Source: Flavobacteriales bacterium
GTDB lineage: Bacteria; Bacteroidota; Bacteroidia; Flavobacteriales_E; Vicingaceae
DNA length: 64,000 nt
Reading direction: 5' to 3'
Assembly: GCA_029262875.1 (NCBI GenBank)
Contig: JAJCYO010000035.1
Coordinates: forward strand, 10,724-74,723
This document shows positions 49,998 through 60,552 of this stretch, in pieces. Every line of letters starts with the position of its first letter. Positions within the stretch are counted from its first letter, which is position 1. Below the pieces are notes generated by a model that had not been told where the DNA came from, made no database searches, and was given only the letters and a program-made list of their open reading frames with translations. The position numbers and the translations under genes are program-made.

Positions 49998-50216
49998 ATG
50001 GCAAAACAGGCATCTATAGAACAAGACGGAACAATAATAGAAGCATTATCTAATGCAATGTTCAGAGTTGAACTTGAAAATGGGCACATACTTACTGCTC
50101 ATATTTCGGGTAAGATGAGAATGCATTATATAAGAATTCTTCCTGGAGATAAAGTTAAACTGGAGATGTCTCCATATGATTTAACAAAAGGAAGAATAAC
50201 ATTTAGATATAAATAA
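49998..50216 (+). CDS. infA: Translation initiation factor IF-1
   Basis: 72 aa with an S1-like fold, '[16 protein letters not shown]'. Confidence 0.96.
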   Translation: MAKQASIEQDGTIIEALSNAMFRVELENGHILTAHISGKMRMHYIRILPGDKVKLEMSPYDLTKGRITFRYK

Positions 50217-50225
50217 TTAGGACTC

Positions 50226-50342
50226 ATGAAAGTAAGAGCATCAGTAAAGAAAAGAAGTGCAGACTGCAAGATTGTTAGAAGGAAAGGTCGTTTGTACGTG
50301 ATTAACAAAAAGAACCCTAGGTTTAAACAAAGACAAGGATAA
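50226..50342 (+). CDS. rpmJ: 50S ribosomal protein L36
   Basis: Not in the ORF track because it is under 60 aa. My translation is '[38 protein letters not shown]' (38 aa). It lies between infA and rpsM. Confidence 0.93.
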   Translation: MKVRASVKKRSADCKIVRRKGRLYVINKKNPRFKQRQG

Positions 50343-50361
50343 TTTTATAATAGACTAAATT

Positions 50362-50739
50362 ATGGCAAGAATTGCAGGTATTGATTTACCAAAACAAAAA
50401 AGAGGTGTTATCGGATTAACTTATATTTTCGGTATCGGAAGATCTTCTGCTAAAAGTATTTTAGCTGAAGCGAAAATCTCTGAAGATAAAAAAGTTGAAG
50501 ATTGGGATGATAATGATTTATCAAAGATCAGAACAATTCTAACAGATTCTTATAAAATTGAAGGTGCTTTAAGATCAGAAGTTCAATTAAACATTAAACG
50601 TTTAATGGATGTTGGGTGCTATAGAGGTATTAGACATAGAGCAGGTTTACCCCTAAGAGGTCAGAAAACCAAAAATAACTCTAGAACTAGAAAAGGAAGA
50701 AGAAAGACTGTTGCGAACAAAAAAATTGCAACTAAATAA
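50362..50739 (+). CDS. rpsM: 30S ribosomal protein S13
   Basis: 125 aa, '[10 protein letters not shown]'. Confidence 0.97.
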   Translation: MARIAGIDLPKQKRGVIGLTYIFGIGRSSAKSILAEAKISEDKKVEDWDDNDLSKIRTILTDSYKIEGALRSEVQLNIKRLMDVGCYRGIRHRAGLPLRGQKTKNNSRTRKGRRKTVANKKIATK

Positions 50740-50757
50740 TAAATAAAGAAGCATAAG

Positions 50758-51144
50758 ATGGCAAAATCGAACGCAAAAAAGAAGAAGAAAGTAAAAGTTG
50801 AAGCTTACGGACAAGCTCACATTCACGCTTCTTTTAATAACATAATTATTAGTTTAACTAATAATACTGGACAAGTAATTTCATGGTCTTCTGCAGGGAA
50901 GATGGGATTTAGAGGTTCTAAAAAGAACACTCCTTACGCTGCACAAATGGCAGCAGAAGATTGTGCAAAAGAAGCTTTTGAAAACGGCTTAAGAAAAGTA
51001 AAAGTTTTTGTAAAAGGACCAGGAAATGGAAGAGAGTCAGCAATGAGATCTCTACACAATAATGGTATTACTGTTACAGAAATAGTTGATGTTACACCAT
51101 TACCACATAATGGTTGTCGTCCACCAAAAAGAAGAAGAGTATAA
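50758..51144 (+). CDS. rpsK: 30S ribosomal protein S11
   Basis: 128 aa, with '[14 protein letters not shown]'. Confidence 0.97.
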   Translation: MAKSNAKKKKKVKVEAYGQAHIHASFNNIIISLTNNTGQVISWSSAGKMGFRGSKKNTPYAAQMAAEDCAKEAFENGLRKVKVFVKGPGNGRESAMRSLHNNGITVTEIVDVTPLPHNGCRPPKRRRV

Positions 51145-51224
51145 ATTATTAACCAGGGAAGAGAAAACAATTATCGAAGGATATTGACCTTAATTCATAA
51201 TTTCTCTTTCATAAATATTTAAAA

Positions 51225-51830
51225 ATGGCTAGATATAGAGGTCCAAAATCGAAAATTGCACGTAAGTTCAGAGAACCAATCTTTGGACCTGATGCAGTAT
51301 TGGAAAAAAAGAATTATGGTCCAGGACAACATGGACCTAATAAGAGAAGAGGTAAGCAATCTGAATATTCTATTCAGTTAGCAGAAAAACAAAAGGCAAA
51401 ATACACTTATGGTATTTTAGAAAAACAATTTTCTAATTTATTTAAATCTGCTTCAAGAAAAAGAGGTATTACAGGTGAAGTGTTATTACAACTTTGTGAA
51501 TCACGCTTAGATAATGTTGTTTTTAGATTAGGTATTGCACCTACAAGAAGTGGCGCAAGACAATTAGTTGGACATAAGCATATTACTGTTAATGGACAAT
51601 TGGTTAACATCCCATCTTATTCAGTTAAGGAAGGTGATGTTGTAGGTGTTAGAGAGAAATCTCAATCATTAGAAGCAATTACTGCATCGTTAGCAGCTAA
51701 CCCAATGAACTTTGATTGGTTAGAATGGAATGAGACTCAAATGACAGGTAGATTTATTAATACGCCTGAAAGAACTCAGATTCCTGAAAATATCAAAGAA
51801 CAATTAATAGTAGAACTTTACTCTAAATAA
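51225..51830 (+). CDS. rpsD: 30S ribosomal protein S4
   Basis: 201 aa, '[15 protein letters not shown]'. Confidence 0.97.
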   Translation: MARYRGPKSKIARKFREPIFGPDAVLEKKNYGPGQHGPNKRRGKQSEYSIQLAEKQKAKYTYGILEKQFSNLFKSASRKRGITGEVLLQLCESRLDNVVFRLGIAPTRSGARQLVGHKHITVNGQLVNIPSYSVKEGDVVGVREKSQSLEAITASLAANPMNFDWLEWNETQMTGRFINTPERTQIPENIKEQLIVELYSK

Positions 51831-51851
51831 CTTTTTAAAAGATATATAACT

Positions 51852-52844
51852 ATGGCAATATTAGATTTCCAAAAACCAGATAAAGTAATCATGATTAACT
51901 CAGATGATTATGAAGGTACTTTTGAGTTTCGTCCATTAGAACCAGGATACGGTATTACAGTAGGTAACGCTTTAAGAAGAGTCTTATTAAACTCATTAGA
52001 GGGATTTGCTGTAACATCAGTAAAAATAGAAGGAGTAGATCACGAATTTTCAACTATTAAAGGAGTTGTTGAGGATGTGACTCAAATTATATTAAACCTT
52101 AAACAAGTTAGATTTAAACAACAAATTGAAGGTACAGATAAAGAAACACTTATAGTAACTGTTGGTGGTCAAGATAAATTGACTGCTGGTGATATAGGTA
52201 AATTTACATCTGCATTTCAAGTGTTAAACATAGATCACGTAATTTGCAATATGGAATCTTCAGTTAACCTACAGTTAGAATTAACTATTGGTAAAGGAAG
52301 AGGATATGTTCCATCTGAAGAAAATAAAGCATTAGACACAAACCTTGGTGTAATTTCAATTGATTCAATTCATACACCAATTAAGAATGTGAAGTATACT
52401 GTTGAAAATCACAGGGTAGGACAAAAAACGGATTACGAAAAATTAGTTTTTGATATTGTTACTGATGGTTCAATACACCCGAAAGATGCATTAACAGAAG
52501 GAGCTAAGATATTGATTCATCACTTTATGTTGTTTTCTGATGAGAGAATTACATTGGATACAGAAGAGAAATCTGCTGTAGAAGATTTTGATGAAGATTC
52601 ATTACACATGAGACAATTGTTAAAAACGAAATTAATTGATATGGATTTATCAGTTAGAGCGTTAAACTGTCTTAAAGCTGCTGATGTTGATACATTAGGT
52701 GACTTAGTTACATTTAACAAAAACGATTTGTTGAAATTCAGAAACTTCGGTAAAAAGTCGTTAACTGAATTAGACGAATTAGTTGAAAATAAAGGCTTAA
52801 CATTCGGGATGAATGTTGCGGCTTACAAATTAGATAAAGAATAA
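51852..52844 (+). CDS. rpoA: DNA-directed RNA polymerase subunit alpha
   Basis: 330 aa with an NTD and the alpha-CTD motif '[12 protein letters not shown]'. Confidence 0.97.
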   Translation: MAILDFQKPDKVIMINSDDYEGTFEFRPLEPGYGITVGNALRRVLLNSLEGFAVTSVKIEGVDHEFSTIKGVVEDVTQIILNLKQVRFKQQIEGTDKETLIVTVGGQDKLTAGDIGKFTSAFQVLNIDHVICNMESSVNLQLELTIGKGRGYVPSEENKALDTNLGVISIDSIHTPIKNVKYTVENHRVGQKTDYEKLVFDIVTDGSIHPKDALTEGAKILIHHFMLFSDERITLDTEEKSAVEDFDEDSLHMRQLLKTKLIDMDLSVRALNCLKAADVDTLGDLVTFNKNDLLKFRNFGKKSLTELDELVENKGLTFGMNVAAYKLDKE

Positions 52845-52848
52845 AGAG

Positions 52849-53634
52849 ATGAGACACGGAAAGAAATTTAACCATTTAAGCAGACAAGCACCTCATAGAA
52901 AGGCGATGCTAGCTAATATGGCTTGTTCTCTTATCGAGCATAAAAGAGTGAACACGACAGTGGCGAAAGCAAAAGCTTTGAAAAAGTTTGTGGAGCCATT
53001 GATTACTAAATCTAAAACGGATTCTACACATTCTCGTAGAGTTGTTTTCAGATACTTAAGAAGCAAAGAAGCTGTAACTGAATTATTCAGGGATGTATCT
53101 GCTAAAGTAGCTGATAGACCAGGAGGATATACAAGAATCTTAAAAACTGGATTTAGACAAGGTGATAACGCTGAAATGTGCTTTATAGAATTAGTTGACT
53201 ACAACGAGAACATGTTGAAAGATACTAAGAAGAAAAAAACTTCAAGAAGAAGAAGAGGTGGATCTAAAAAAACAGATGATGTAGTTGCTACAACTGCGGT
53301 TGAAGAAACAACAGAAACTGTAGAAGCAACAGAGGCTGATACTAAAGCAGAGGTGGTTGAAGAAGCTCCGGCTGCAGAAGTTGTGGAGGAAGTTGTTGAA
53401 GAAGCTAAAGCAGAAGAAACAACTGAGGACGCGGTGGCTGAGAAGGTTGAAGCTGAAGAGGTTGTTGAAGAACCAAAAGCTGAAGAGACTGTTGAGGAAG
53501 TGAAAGCTGAAGCTGCTGATGAGGTAGTTGAAGAAAAAACTGAAGAAGCAGCAGCTCCAGAAGCAAAAGCTGAAGATGCTCCAGAAGAACCAAAAGAGGA
53601 AGACAATTCAGAAGAAGAGAAAAAAGAAGAATAA
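52849..53634 (+). CDS. rplQ: 50S ribosomal protein L17 with a long acidic C-terminal extension
   Basis: 261 aa. '[12 protein letters not shown]' and the L17 core run to about residue 120, followed by a roughly 140-aa Glu/Ala/Val/Thr-rich tail. Confidence 0.95.
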   Translation: MRHGKKFNHLSRQAPHRKAMLANMACSLIEHKRVNTTVAKAKALKKFVEPLITKSKTDSTHSRRVVFRYLRSKEAVTELFRDVSAKVADRPGGYTRILKTGFRQGDNAEMCFIELVDYNENMLKDTKKKKTSRRRRGGSKKTDDVVATTAVEETTETVEATEADTKAEVVEEAPAAEVVEEVVEEAKAEETTEDAVAEKVEAEEVVEEPKAEETVEEVKAEAADEVVEEKTEEAAAPEAKAEDAPEEPKEEDNSEEEKKEE

Positions 53635-53661
53635 AGTTTGATAACTTTTTTAGAAAAATAC

Positions 53662-53696
53662 AAAAGGATGAAGTAATTTTACTTCATCCTTTTTTT
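53662..53696 (+). terminator. Rho-independent terminator ending the ribosomal super-operon
   Basis: ggatgaagt (53666-53674), loop aatttt, acttcatcc (53681-53689), then 7 T. An A-run lies upstream. Confidence 0.85.
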
Positions 53697-53722
53697 ATGG
53701 AAATTATTTAGAGACTTTACGA

Positions 53723-54841
53723 ATGGACAACACAGAAAACAACGCGATTTTACTACTTGAAGATGGTACTGTAATGCAGGGAAATGCAGCAGGATTAATA
53801 GGAACAACCACTGGTGAGATTTGTTTTAATACTGGAATGACTGGTTATCAAGAGATTTTTACAGACCCTTCCTACTATGGGCAAATTATGATTACAACTA
53901 CCGCTCATATTGGTAATTATGGAACTTCTAACGAAGAAGTTGAATCTGAAAATGTTAATATTTCTGGCCTGGTTTGTAAGAAATTTTCTGATGTTTTTTC
54001 TCGTGATTTTGCAGATACATCACTCCAAGAATATTTTGAAAAGCATAAAATCGTTGCAATTTCTGATATTGATACACGTAAACTTGTTCGTCATATAAGA
54101 GATAAAGGAGCTATGAATGCAATTATATCTTCAGAAGTTTTTGACGTAGAAGAATTAAAAAAGAAATTAGCTGGAGTTCCTTCAATGGAAGGCTTAGAGC
54201 TTTCCTCAAAGGTATGTACAAAAGAACCTTTCTTTTTTGGTGATAAAAATGCTACGCATAAAGTAGCCGTTTTAGATTTGGGAGTAAAGAAAAGTATCCT
54301 AAAATGCTTGGCAGAAAGAGATTGTTATTTACAAGTATTTCCAATGGATGCATCATTAGAAGAGATGATGGCATGGAATCCAGATGGTTTTATGCTTTCT
54401 AATGGACCCGGAGATCCTTCAGTAATGGACCAGCAAATAGAAACGGTAAAACAAATCAAAGATGCTGGGTTACCAGTTTTTGGAATCTGTTTAGGACATC
54501 AAATATTAGCTATTTCCTGTGGACTATCGACTTCTAAAATGTTTAATGGACATAGAGGCTGCAACCATCCAGTAATGAACATGGAGACAGGAAAAGGAGA
54601 AATCACATCTCAAAATCATGGATTTGTTGTTGATGTTGAATCAGCGGAACAAAATTCAAATGTGGAGGTAACACATAAACATTTGAATGATGGAACATTG
54701 GCAGGACTACGTTTAAAGGATAGAAATGTGTTTTCTGTTCAATATCATCCTGAAGCATCACCTGGGCCACATGATTCACGATACTTGTTTGATAATTTTA
54801 TCGAAAACATCGTGAAAAGTAAAAAATTGGTTTCGGCTTAA
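53723..54841 (+). CDS. carA: Carbamoyl-phosphate synthase small (glutaminase) subunit
   Basis: 372 aa with the CPSase small-chain N-domain and GATase motifs 'GICLGHQ' and '[13 protein letters not shown]'. Confidence 0.93.
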   Translation: MDNTENNAILLLEDGTVMQGNAAGLIGTTTGEICFNTGMTGYQEIFTDPSYYGQIMITTTAHIGNYGTSNEEVESENVNISGLVCKKFSDVFSRDFADTSLQEYFEKHKIVAISDIDTRKLVRHIRDKGAMNAIISSEVFDVEELKKKLAGVPSMEGLELSSKVCTKEPFFFGDKNATHKVAVLDLGVKKSILKCLAERDCYLQVFPMDASLEEMMAWNPDGFMLSNGPGDPSVMDQQIETVKQIKDAGLPVFGICLGHQILAISCGLSTSKMFNGHRGCNHPVMNMETGKGEITSQNHGFVVDVESAEQNSNVEVTHKHLNDGTLAGLRLKDRNVFSVQYHPEASPGPHDSRYLFDNFIENIVKSKKLVSA

Positions 54842-54899
54842 TTTTTACCCTAAAAATTCACTGAAAATTCTTATTTATAAGCATTTGTATGCTTTTTTG

Positions 54900-54907
54900 T
54901 ACCTTTG
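54900..54907 (+). promoter_or_regulatory. Candidate -7 box immediately upstream of clpX
   Basis: Perfect TAnnTTTG (tacctttg) ending 4 nt before the clpX ATG at 54912. No well-spaced -33 TTG. Confidence 0.3.
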
Positions 54908-54911
54908 TGCC

Positions 54912-56144
54912 ATGGATAATCAAGAAGTGAAGTGTTCCTTTTGTGGACGAGCAAAAAATGAGGTAGAAGTGATGATAGCTGGAGTTACCGGTCATATCTG
55001 TAATCATTGTATTTCTCAGGCTCAAAACATTGTAAAGGAAGAAGTTTCAGGGAAAGCAAACAGAGATATTTCTGATCAAATACAGCTCTTAAAACCAAAA
55101 GAGATTAAGATTCATTTGGATGAGTATGTTATTGGTCAAGATGATGCTAAAAAAGTGCTTTCAGTGGCTGTTTACAATCACTATAAAAGATTAAAACAAC
55201 AAGGAGAAGGGGATAAGGAAATTGAAATAGAGAAATCAAATATATTATTGGTTGGAGAAACAGGAACAGGTAAAACATTAATGGCAAAAACAATTGCTAA
55301 AATTCTACATGTTCCTTTCTGTATAGCAGATGCCACCATTTTAACCGAAGCAGGTTATGTTGGGGAAGACGTAGAAAGCATTCTTTCAAGGTTACTACAG
55401 GCTGCAGATTATGATGTGGATGCTGCCCAAAGAGGTATTGTTTTTATTGATGAAATAGATAAAATTGCACGTAAGAGTGATAATGCTTCAATTACAAGAG
55501 ATGTAAGCGGTGAAGGAGTGCAGCAGGCGCTCTTAAAATTATTAGAAGGTTCTGTTGTAAATGTTCCGCCACAAGGAGGAAGAAAACACCCAGAACAGAA
55601 ATTAATTGCTTTAGAAACGAAAAATATACTGTTCGTTTGCGGAGGTGCTTTTGATGGGATTACCAGAAAAATTGCCAATCGATTACAAACTCAGGCAATT
55701 GGGTTTAAACCTGCGGATAAAGAAGAGTTTGACAAAGAAAACTTGTTGCAATATATTTCACCACAAGACATTAAAGCATTTGGTTTAATCCCAGAATTAA
55801 TAGGTAGGTTACCTGTATTATCTTATTTAAACCCACTGGATAAGACTGCGTTAAGAAGAATCTTAACAGAGCCTAAAAACTCTATTATCAAGCAATACAT
55901 TAAGTTGTTTGAAATGGATGAAATCAAACTTTCCTTTGATAAAGGAGTACTTGATTTTATTGTTGAAAAAGCAATAGAGTATAAATTAGGAGCAAGAGGA
56001 TTACGTTCTATCTGTGAAGCTATTATGTTGGACGCAATGTTTGATTTGCCTTCAGATGAAAAGCAAAAAGACCATAAAGTAACACTAAGGTATGCCAAGA
56101 ATAAGTTTAAAAAAGCAAAAATTAGTAGCTTGAAAGTGGCTTAA
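54912..56144 (+). CDS. clpX: ATP-dependent Clp protease ATP-binding subunit ClpX
   Basis: The start '[13 protein letters not shown]...CNHC' forms the zinc ribbon. Walker A 'GETGTGKT' and Walker B 'IVFIDEIDK' are present. The ORF-track TTG start at 54885 is rejected. Confidence 0.95.
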   Translation: MDNQEVKCSFCGRAKNEVEVMIAGVTGHICNHCISQAQNIVKEEVSGKANRDISDQIQLLKPKEIKIHLDEYVIGQDDAKKVLSVAVYNHYKRLKQQGEGDKEIEIEKSNILLVGETGTGKTLMAKTIAKILHVPFCIADATILTEAGYVGEDVESILSRLLQAADYDVDAAQRGIVFIDEIDKIARKSDNASITRDVSGEGVQQALLKLLEGSVVNVPPQGGRKHPEQKLIALETKNILFVCGGAFDGITRKIANRLQTQAIGFKPADKEEFDKENLLQYISPQDIKAFGLIPELIGRLPVLSYLNPLDKTALRRILTEPKNSIIKQYIKLFEMDEIKLSFDKGVLDFIVEKAIEYKLGARGLRSICEAIMLDAMFDLPSDEKQKDHKVTLRYAKNKFKKAKISSLKVA

Positions 56145-56243
56145 GGTTACCGTTTATTGAATAGATATTACCATTCAGAAGGTTAAAGTTACTACCTGTT
56201 AAGTACTCAACACTTATTGTATTTAAATAACTAACTTAGCTGT

Positions 56244-57956
56244 ATGCGTTTTGTGTGTATAATTATATTTTGCCTTTTTAATATTTGTGCTATTTCCCAA
56301 AACCTGGAATGGGCAAAATCGATAGGATCTACTGATCATGATTGGTATAGGGATATCTTTATTGCAAAGAATAACGATGTTATATCTTTTGGTGATTATA
56401 CTGCCTCAATAGATTTAGATCCAGAGAGTGGGGTCTCTTTGCATTCCAATTCTGGGGGAAGTGATGCATTTGTACAAAGATTAGATGCTAATGGTAACTA
56501 TAAATGGAGTAAATCATGGGGAAATGGGGGTTATGGTAATGTAATTTTGGATGTAGCTGAAGATAAGTATGGGAACTTGTATTTTACGGGTAGTTATGGG
56601 GGTACTTTAGACTTTGATCCTGGAAGTGGTGTGTTTAATATGGTAGCAGTTCAGTATATAGATTATTTTATTTTAAAGTTAGATTCTAATGGAAATTTTT
56701 TATGGGCTACTTCAATGGGTGGGTCTGGCAATGATCAAGGGGCGTCTATATTTGTAGATGATAATATGAATATTTATACTTCTGGTGTATTTAGCACAAC
56801 GGTAGATTTTGACCCAAAAGCAGGAGTGAGTAATGTAATTTCAAATGGACTAACTGATGCTTTCATTCAAAAACTGGATAGCTTAGGGAATTTGATTTGG
56901 GTTTATGGTTATGGTAATTGGGATGGGGATGATGCATCAAACATGTCTTATGATGGGTTAGGAAATATTTATGTAGTTGGAGGATTTGCTGGAAATGTAG
57001 ATTTTGATTTTAGTACAGGGATAGATACACTTAATGGAAATTATGATGTTTATGTCTTGAAAATTGATACTAATGCCAGCTTCCAATGGGTAAAATATTT
57101 TAATGGCCCAGCTATTAGTGTCTTTGCAACAGATATGGAAATCGATAAAAATGGTAATGTTTATATAGTTGGAGGGTTTGGTTATAATAATCAACCAGGA
57201 GGTGCAGCTGTTGACTTTGATCCATCAAATTCTGTCTTGAATAAATATAATTCAGGAGAAGAAGATATTTTTGAAGTGAGTTTGGATTCTGATGGCAATT
57301 TGAGATGGGTAAATGCTATTGGAGGTGCATATAATGATAGAGGAATGGGAGTTACACTTGATAATTTAGGTAATGTTTTTTTTGTAGGAGCTTATGAGGG
57401 GTCAGTAGATTTTGATGTGGGACCAGGTGTAGATGTTTTGTCAACGTACGCTGTATGGCCCGGAATGTATACTGACAGGTTATATTTACATGCTGTTGAT
57501 ACTAATGGATTACATAAGTGGGCTTTATATTTTGGTGGAGATGTTGGAAATACAGCAAATATTACAACAAATAATTTTGACAAACTGTTATTAAATGGTT
57601 CTTATAAAGGGGGAGGTGGAGATTTTGACCCTAATTCTGGTAGCACTATTTTGCCCTCTTATGGTATTGGAGATGACGCTTTTATTTTAAAATTTAACTC
57701 ATTCCCTGTTGGTTTAGAACAGGTAGATCTTAATAATAATTTTATTATTTACCCTAATCCAGTTTTAGATATTATCCATATTCAATCAGAAGAAGAAATA
57801 GAATCAATTGAAATTATTGATATTTCAGGTAGAAAAGTCTCAGTGGAATTGAATTCTAATAGCGAGATTCAAGTTACAAACTTATCCTCTGGTGTTTATA
57901 TTTTAAGAGCAGTTTTTAAACGAGGTATTTTTAGTCAAAAGTTTATCAAGAAATAA
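56244..57956 (+). CDS. Secreted SBBP/beta-propeller-repeat protein with type A T9SS C-terminal sorting domain
   Basis: 570 aa with a signal peptide and repeated 'D.a..i.vD..GN.Y..G.f.g..DFDP' units. The C-terminus 'IIYPNPVLDIIHIQ...ISGRKV...LSSGVYILRAVF...' resembles a Por secretion tail. Confidence 0.8.
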   Translation: MRFVCIIIFCLFNICAISQNLEWAKSIGSTDHDWYRDIFIAKNNDVISFGDYTASIDLDPESGVSLHSNSGGSDAFVQRLDANGNYKWSKSWGNGGYGNVILDVAEDKYGNLYFTGSYGGTLDFDPGSGVFNMVAVQYIDYFILKLDSNGNFLWATSMGGSGNDQGASIFVDDNMNIYTSGVFSTTVDFDPKAGVSNVISNGLTDAFIQKLDSLGNLIWVYGYGNWDGDDASNMSYDGLGNIYVVGGFAGNVDFDFSTGIDTLNGNYDVYVLKIDTNASFQWVKYFNGPAISVFATDMEIDKNGNVYIVGGFGYNNQPGGAAVDFDPSNSVLNKYNSGEEDIFEVSLDSDGNLRWVNAIGGAYNDRGMGVTLDNLGNVFFVGAYEGSVDFDVGPGVDVLSTYAVWPGMYTDRLYLHAVDTNGLHKWALYFGGDVGNTANITTNNFDKLLLNGSYKGGGGDFDPNSGSTILPSYGIGDDAFILKFNSFPVGLEQVDLNNNFIIYPNPVLDIIHIQSEEEIESIEIIDISGRKVSVELNSNSEIQVTNLSSGVYILRAVFKRGIFSQKFIKK

Positions 57957-57963
57957 ATAACAA

Positions 57964-58569
57964 TTATTTTTTACTATACCCTTCATTAATACTTCCAATG
58001 TAGTTTAGAATGTTTTCTTTGCCTGTTTTTCCGGTTGAAGAAGAGGTAAAAGAAATAGGCATTTCTTCCCAGTATTTGAGCATCTCTTTTTTATAAGCCA
58101 ATAAGTTTTTATTCAACTTAGAGCTGGTTAGTTTATCCGTCTTGGTAAAAACAATAGAGAAAGGAATCCCTTTAATACCAAGCCATTCCATAAAATCTAA
58201 ATCTATTGTTTGGGCCGGTAATCTCGAATCTATCAGCACAAACAAATTCAATAAGGTTTCTCTTTTTAGAATATATTCAGCGATAAACTCCTGCCACTTA
58301 AGGCGATTTTTTTTCGAAGTTTTGGCATATCCGTAACCCGGTAAATCCACAAAATAAAACTCATCATTAATCATAAAATGATTGATTAATTGTGTTTTTC
58401 CCGGCCTACCAGATGTTTTGGCTAATTTTTTATTGTCAGTGATGTAGTTAATCAAGGAAGATTTCCCAACATTAGAGCGACCAATGAAAGCATATTCTGC
58501 TCTGTCCGCCTTTGGACAAAGGGATAGCTTGGTATTGCTAATTACAAATTCAGAGGTATTAATCTTCAT
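57964..58569 (-). CDS. engB: Ribosome biogenesis GTP-binding protein YsxC/EngB
   Basis: 201 aa with G1 'GRSNVGKSSLIN', 'DLPGYG' and 'TKTDK'. Confidence 0.92.
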   Translation of the reverse strand: MKINTSEFVISNTKLSLCPKADRAEYAFIGRSNVGKSSLINYITDNKKLAKTSGRPGKTQLINHFMINDEFYFVDLPGYGYAKTSKKNRLKWQEFIAEYILKRETLLNLFVLIDSRLPAQTIDLDFMEWLGIKGIPFSIVFTKTDKLTSSKLNKNLLAYKKEMLKYWEEMPISFTSSSTGKTGKENILNYIGSINEGYSKK

Positions 58570-58702
58570 TTACAGCTAATAAAAAGCCAAAAATAGACAT
58601 TTAAAAATTCCTTCCAAAAACCATCTTTTTTCAACACTCATTCACCTATAATTATCAGTCATAGCAATAATTTTCAACCATTTCCGTTAAAAGTTATCAA
58701 CA

Positions 58703-58735
58703 AAGTGGTAAAAAGTGGTAAATTGTGGTAAAAAT
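58703..58735 (+). promoter_or_regulatory. Putative MraZ operator: three direct GTGG(T) boxes at 10-bp phasing
   Basis: aAGTGGTAAAAAGTGGTAAATTGTGGTAAAAA, with GTGG at 58705, 58715 and 58725. It lies just upstream of a near-consensus -7 box tatattta (58741-58748) and of mraZ. Confidence 0.6.
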
Positions 58736-58788
58736 TCAGCTATATTTACCCATTAATTAAATAAAGACTTGACAATTAGCAGATTGCA

Positions 58789-59262
58789 ATGACAAACTTT
58801 ATCGGAGAATTCGAATGTAAATTGGATGCCAAAGGAAGGCTAATGCTTCCGTCCAGTTTAAGAAAGCAGCTGGATCCAGCCGCTCAGGAGAGGTTTGTGA
58901 TGAATCGAGGGTTTGAAAAATGTCTGGTATTGTATCCAAAAAATGATTGGGAATACATTAGTGCAGAAGTGAACAAACTCAATCAGTATGTCAAGAAGAA
59001 TAGAGAATTTATTCGCTATTTCTACCGTGGAGCAACAGAGTTAGGGTTGGATGGAACAGGAAGGATGTTGTTCCCGAAAAGATTATTGGCGTACGCTGGG
59101 GCGAAAAAAGAGGTAGTGCTTTTTGCTCATGGAAATAGAATTGAAGTTTGGGATAAAAAAGCATACAACGAATTATTGACTGATGAACCAGATGAGTTCG
59201 CAAACTTGGCGGAAGAAGTGATGGGTGGTTCAGATAATCAGGATGAAGATGGAATATCATAA
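58789..59262 (+). CDS. mraZ: Transcriptional regulator MraZ
   Basis: 157 aa with two SpoVT/AbrB-like halves carrying 'DAKGRLMLP' and 'DGTGRMLFP'. First gene of the dcw cluster. Confidence 0.93.
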   Translation: MTNFIGEFECKLDAKGRLMLPSSLRKQLDPAAQERFVMNRGFEKCLVLYPKNDWEYISAEVNKLNQYVKKNREFIRYFYRGATELGLDGTGRMLFPKRLLAYAGAKKEVVLFAHGNRIEVWDKKAYNELLTDEPDEFANLAEEVMGGSDNQDEDGIS

Positions 59263-60148
59263 TCCTGTATTGTTACAAGAGTCGGTTGATGGATTAAATA
59301 TTAAGAATGATGAGATATGTGTTGATGTCACGTTTGGTGGAGGGGGTCATTCTAAAGAGATATTAAAAAGGTTGGGTGAAGGTGGAAAACTGTTTGGTTT
59401 TGATCAGGATAAAGATGCTGAAGCGAATGATTTGAAAGATGAACGGTTTGAGTTGGTGAAACAGAACTTTCGTTATTTGAAAAATTTTTTAAAATTCCAT
59501 CAGGCTATTCCTGCGGATTGTGTATTAGCTGATTTAGGCGTTTCCTCTCATCAGTTTAATGAAGGAGAAAGAGGGTTCTCGATTCGTTTTGAAGGTCCGT
59601 TAGACATGAGAATGAATCAAGCTGGGGAATTAACAGCAGAGAAAATAATTAATGATTATGAAGAAGCGGATTTGGTTAGAATTTTTAAAGAATACGGAGA
59701 AGTCAAAAATGCTCAAAAAGTAGTTTTTGAAATTATAAACCGAAGAGAAGAAGGAAAAATAAAAACGACACAAGAATTGATTGAAATAATTGAAGGCTGT
59801 GTGCCAGGAAAATTGAGAAACAAATATTTAGCTCAGGTTTTTCAGGCATTAAGAATAGAAGTGAATGATGAGTTAGGAGCACTAAGAGACATGTTAGAAC
59901 AAAGTCATGAAGTGTTAAAGACCGGAGGGAGATTGTCAGTAATTACCTACCATTCTTTAGAAGATAGGTTGGTAAAGAATTTTTTTAAGAAGGGAAAGTT
60001 TGAAGGTGAATTGGAAAAGGATTTTTATGGAAATCCACAATTGAAGTTCAAGCAAATAAATAGAAAACCAATTCTTCCTACAGCGGAGGAAATTAAAAAC
60101 AACAACAGAGCACGAAGCGCAAAACTTCGGATAGCCGAGAAATTATGA
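59243..60148 (+). CDS. rsmH: 16S rRNA (cytosine1402-N4)-methyltransferase RsmH
   Basis: 'MKMEYHNPVLLQESVDGL...DVTFGGGGHS...' (SAM motif). The start is ATG 59243 or 59249; the track GTG at 59225 is rejected. Confidence 0.92.
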   Translation: MKMEYHNPVLLQESVDGLNIKNDEICVDVTFGGGGHSKEILKRLGEGGKLFGFDQDKDAEANDLKDERFELVKQNFRYLKNFLKFHQAIPADCVLADLGVSSHQFNEGERGFSIRFEGPLDMRMNQAGELTAEKIINDYEEADLVRIFKEYGEVKNAQKVVFEIINRREEGKIKTTQELIEIIEGCVPGKLRNKYLAQVFQALRIEVNDELGALRDMLEQSHEVLKTGGRLSVITYHSLEDRLVKNFFKKGKFEGELEKDFYGNPQLKFKQINRKPILPTAEEIKNNNRARSAKLRIAEKL

Positions 60149-60156
60149 AAGGGTAA

Positions 60157-60552
60157 GTGAACACATTTAAGAAAGAAGAAAAGCCAAAGAAGAAAAAAGA
60201 AGCTGGTAAAGTTTCGAAATCGTTGGCGAATATATTTTCTGGAAACTTCTTGTCAAGAGACAATGTAGTCGGACTTCTACCCTTCATATTTTTCTTAACC
60301 TTTTTGGGAATTCTCTACATAGGAAACGGGTATTATGCAGAGAAAATAGTACGGGATTTACATAAGACAGGGAATGACGTAAAGGAGTTAAGGTCAGAGT
60401 ACATTACCATAAAGTCAGATTTAAATTTTAAAAGTAAACAGTCACAAGTGGCTCAAGCAACTGACCCACTTAAGGTGTATGAGTCAACTATTCCTCCGAC
60501 AAAAATAGTAGTTGATGAAACTGATATGGAGAAAATAACGAAGAATAACTAA
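60157..60552 (+). CDS. ftsL: FtsL-like cell division protein
   Basis: 131 aa with a GTG start, a basic N-terminus, a single TM segment 'LLPFIFFLTFLGILYIG' and a coiled-coil region. Located between rsmH and ftsI. Confidence 0.7.
   Translation: MNTFKKEEKPKKKKEAGKVSKSLANIFSGNFLSRDNVVGLLPFIFFLTFLGILYIGNGYYAEKIVRDLHKTGNDVKELRSEYITIKSDLNFKSKQSQVAQATDPLKVYESTIPPTKIVVDETDMEKITKNN

Noticed and set aside
50226-50342. L36 lacking three of its four zinc ligands (only one Cys), considered as a degenerate gene or pseudogene
   Set aside because: The frame is intact, the protein is full length at 38 aa, and the ends 'MKVRASVKK...PRFKQRQG' are conserved. Non-zinc (C-minus) L36 forms are well known and, I believe, typical of this lineage.
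35362-53634. Absence of tuf after fusA and of adk between secY and map considered as deletions
   Set aside because: To my knowledge this gene order is the normal arrangement in Bacteroidota. There are no gene remnants or unusually long spacers at the junctions.
53199-53663. 154-aa and 62-aa antisense ORFs opposite the 3' end of rplQ
   Set aside because: They are artefacts of the GAA/GCT-rich low-complexity region that encodes the acidic L17 tail. The translations are Ser/Ala/Thr homopolymer-like.
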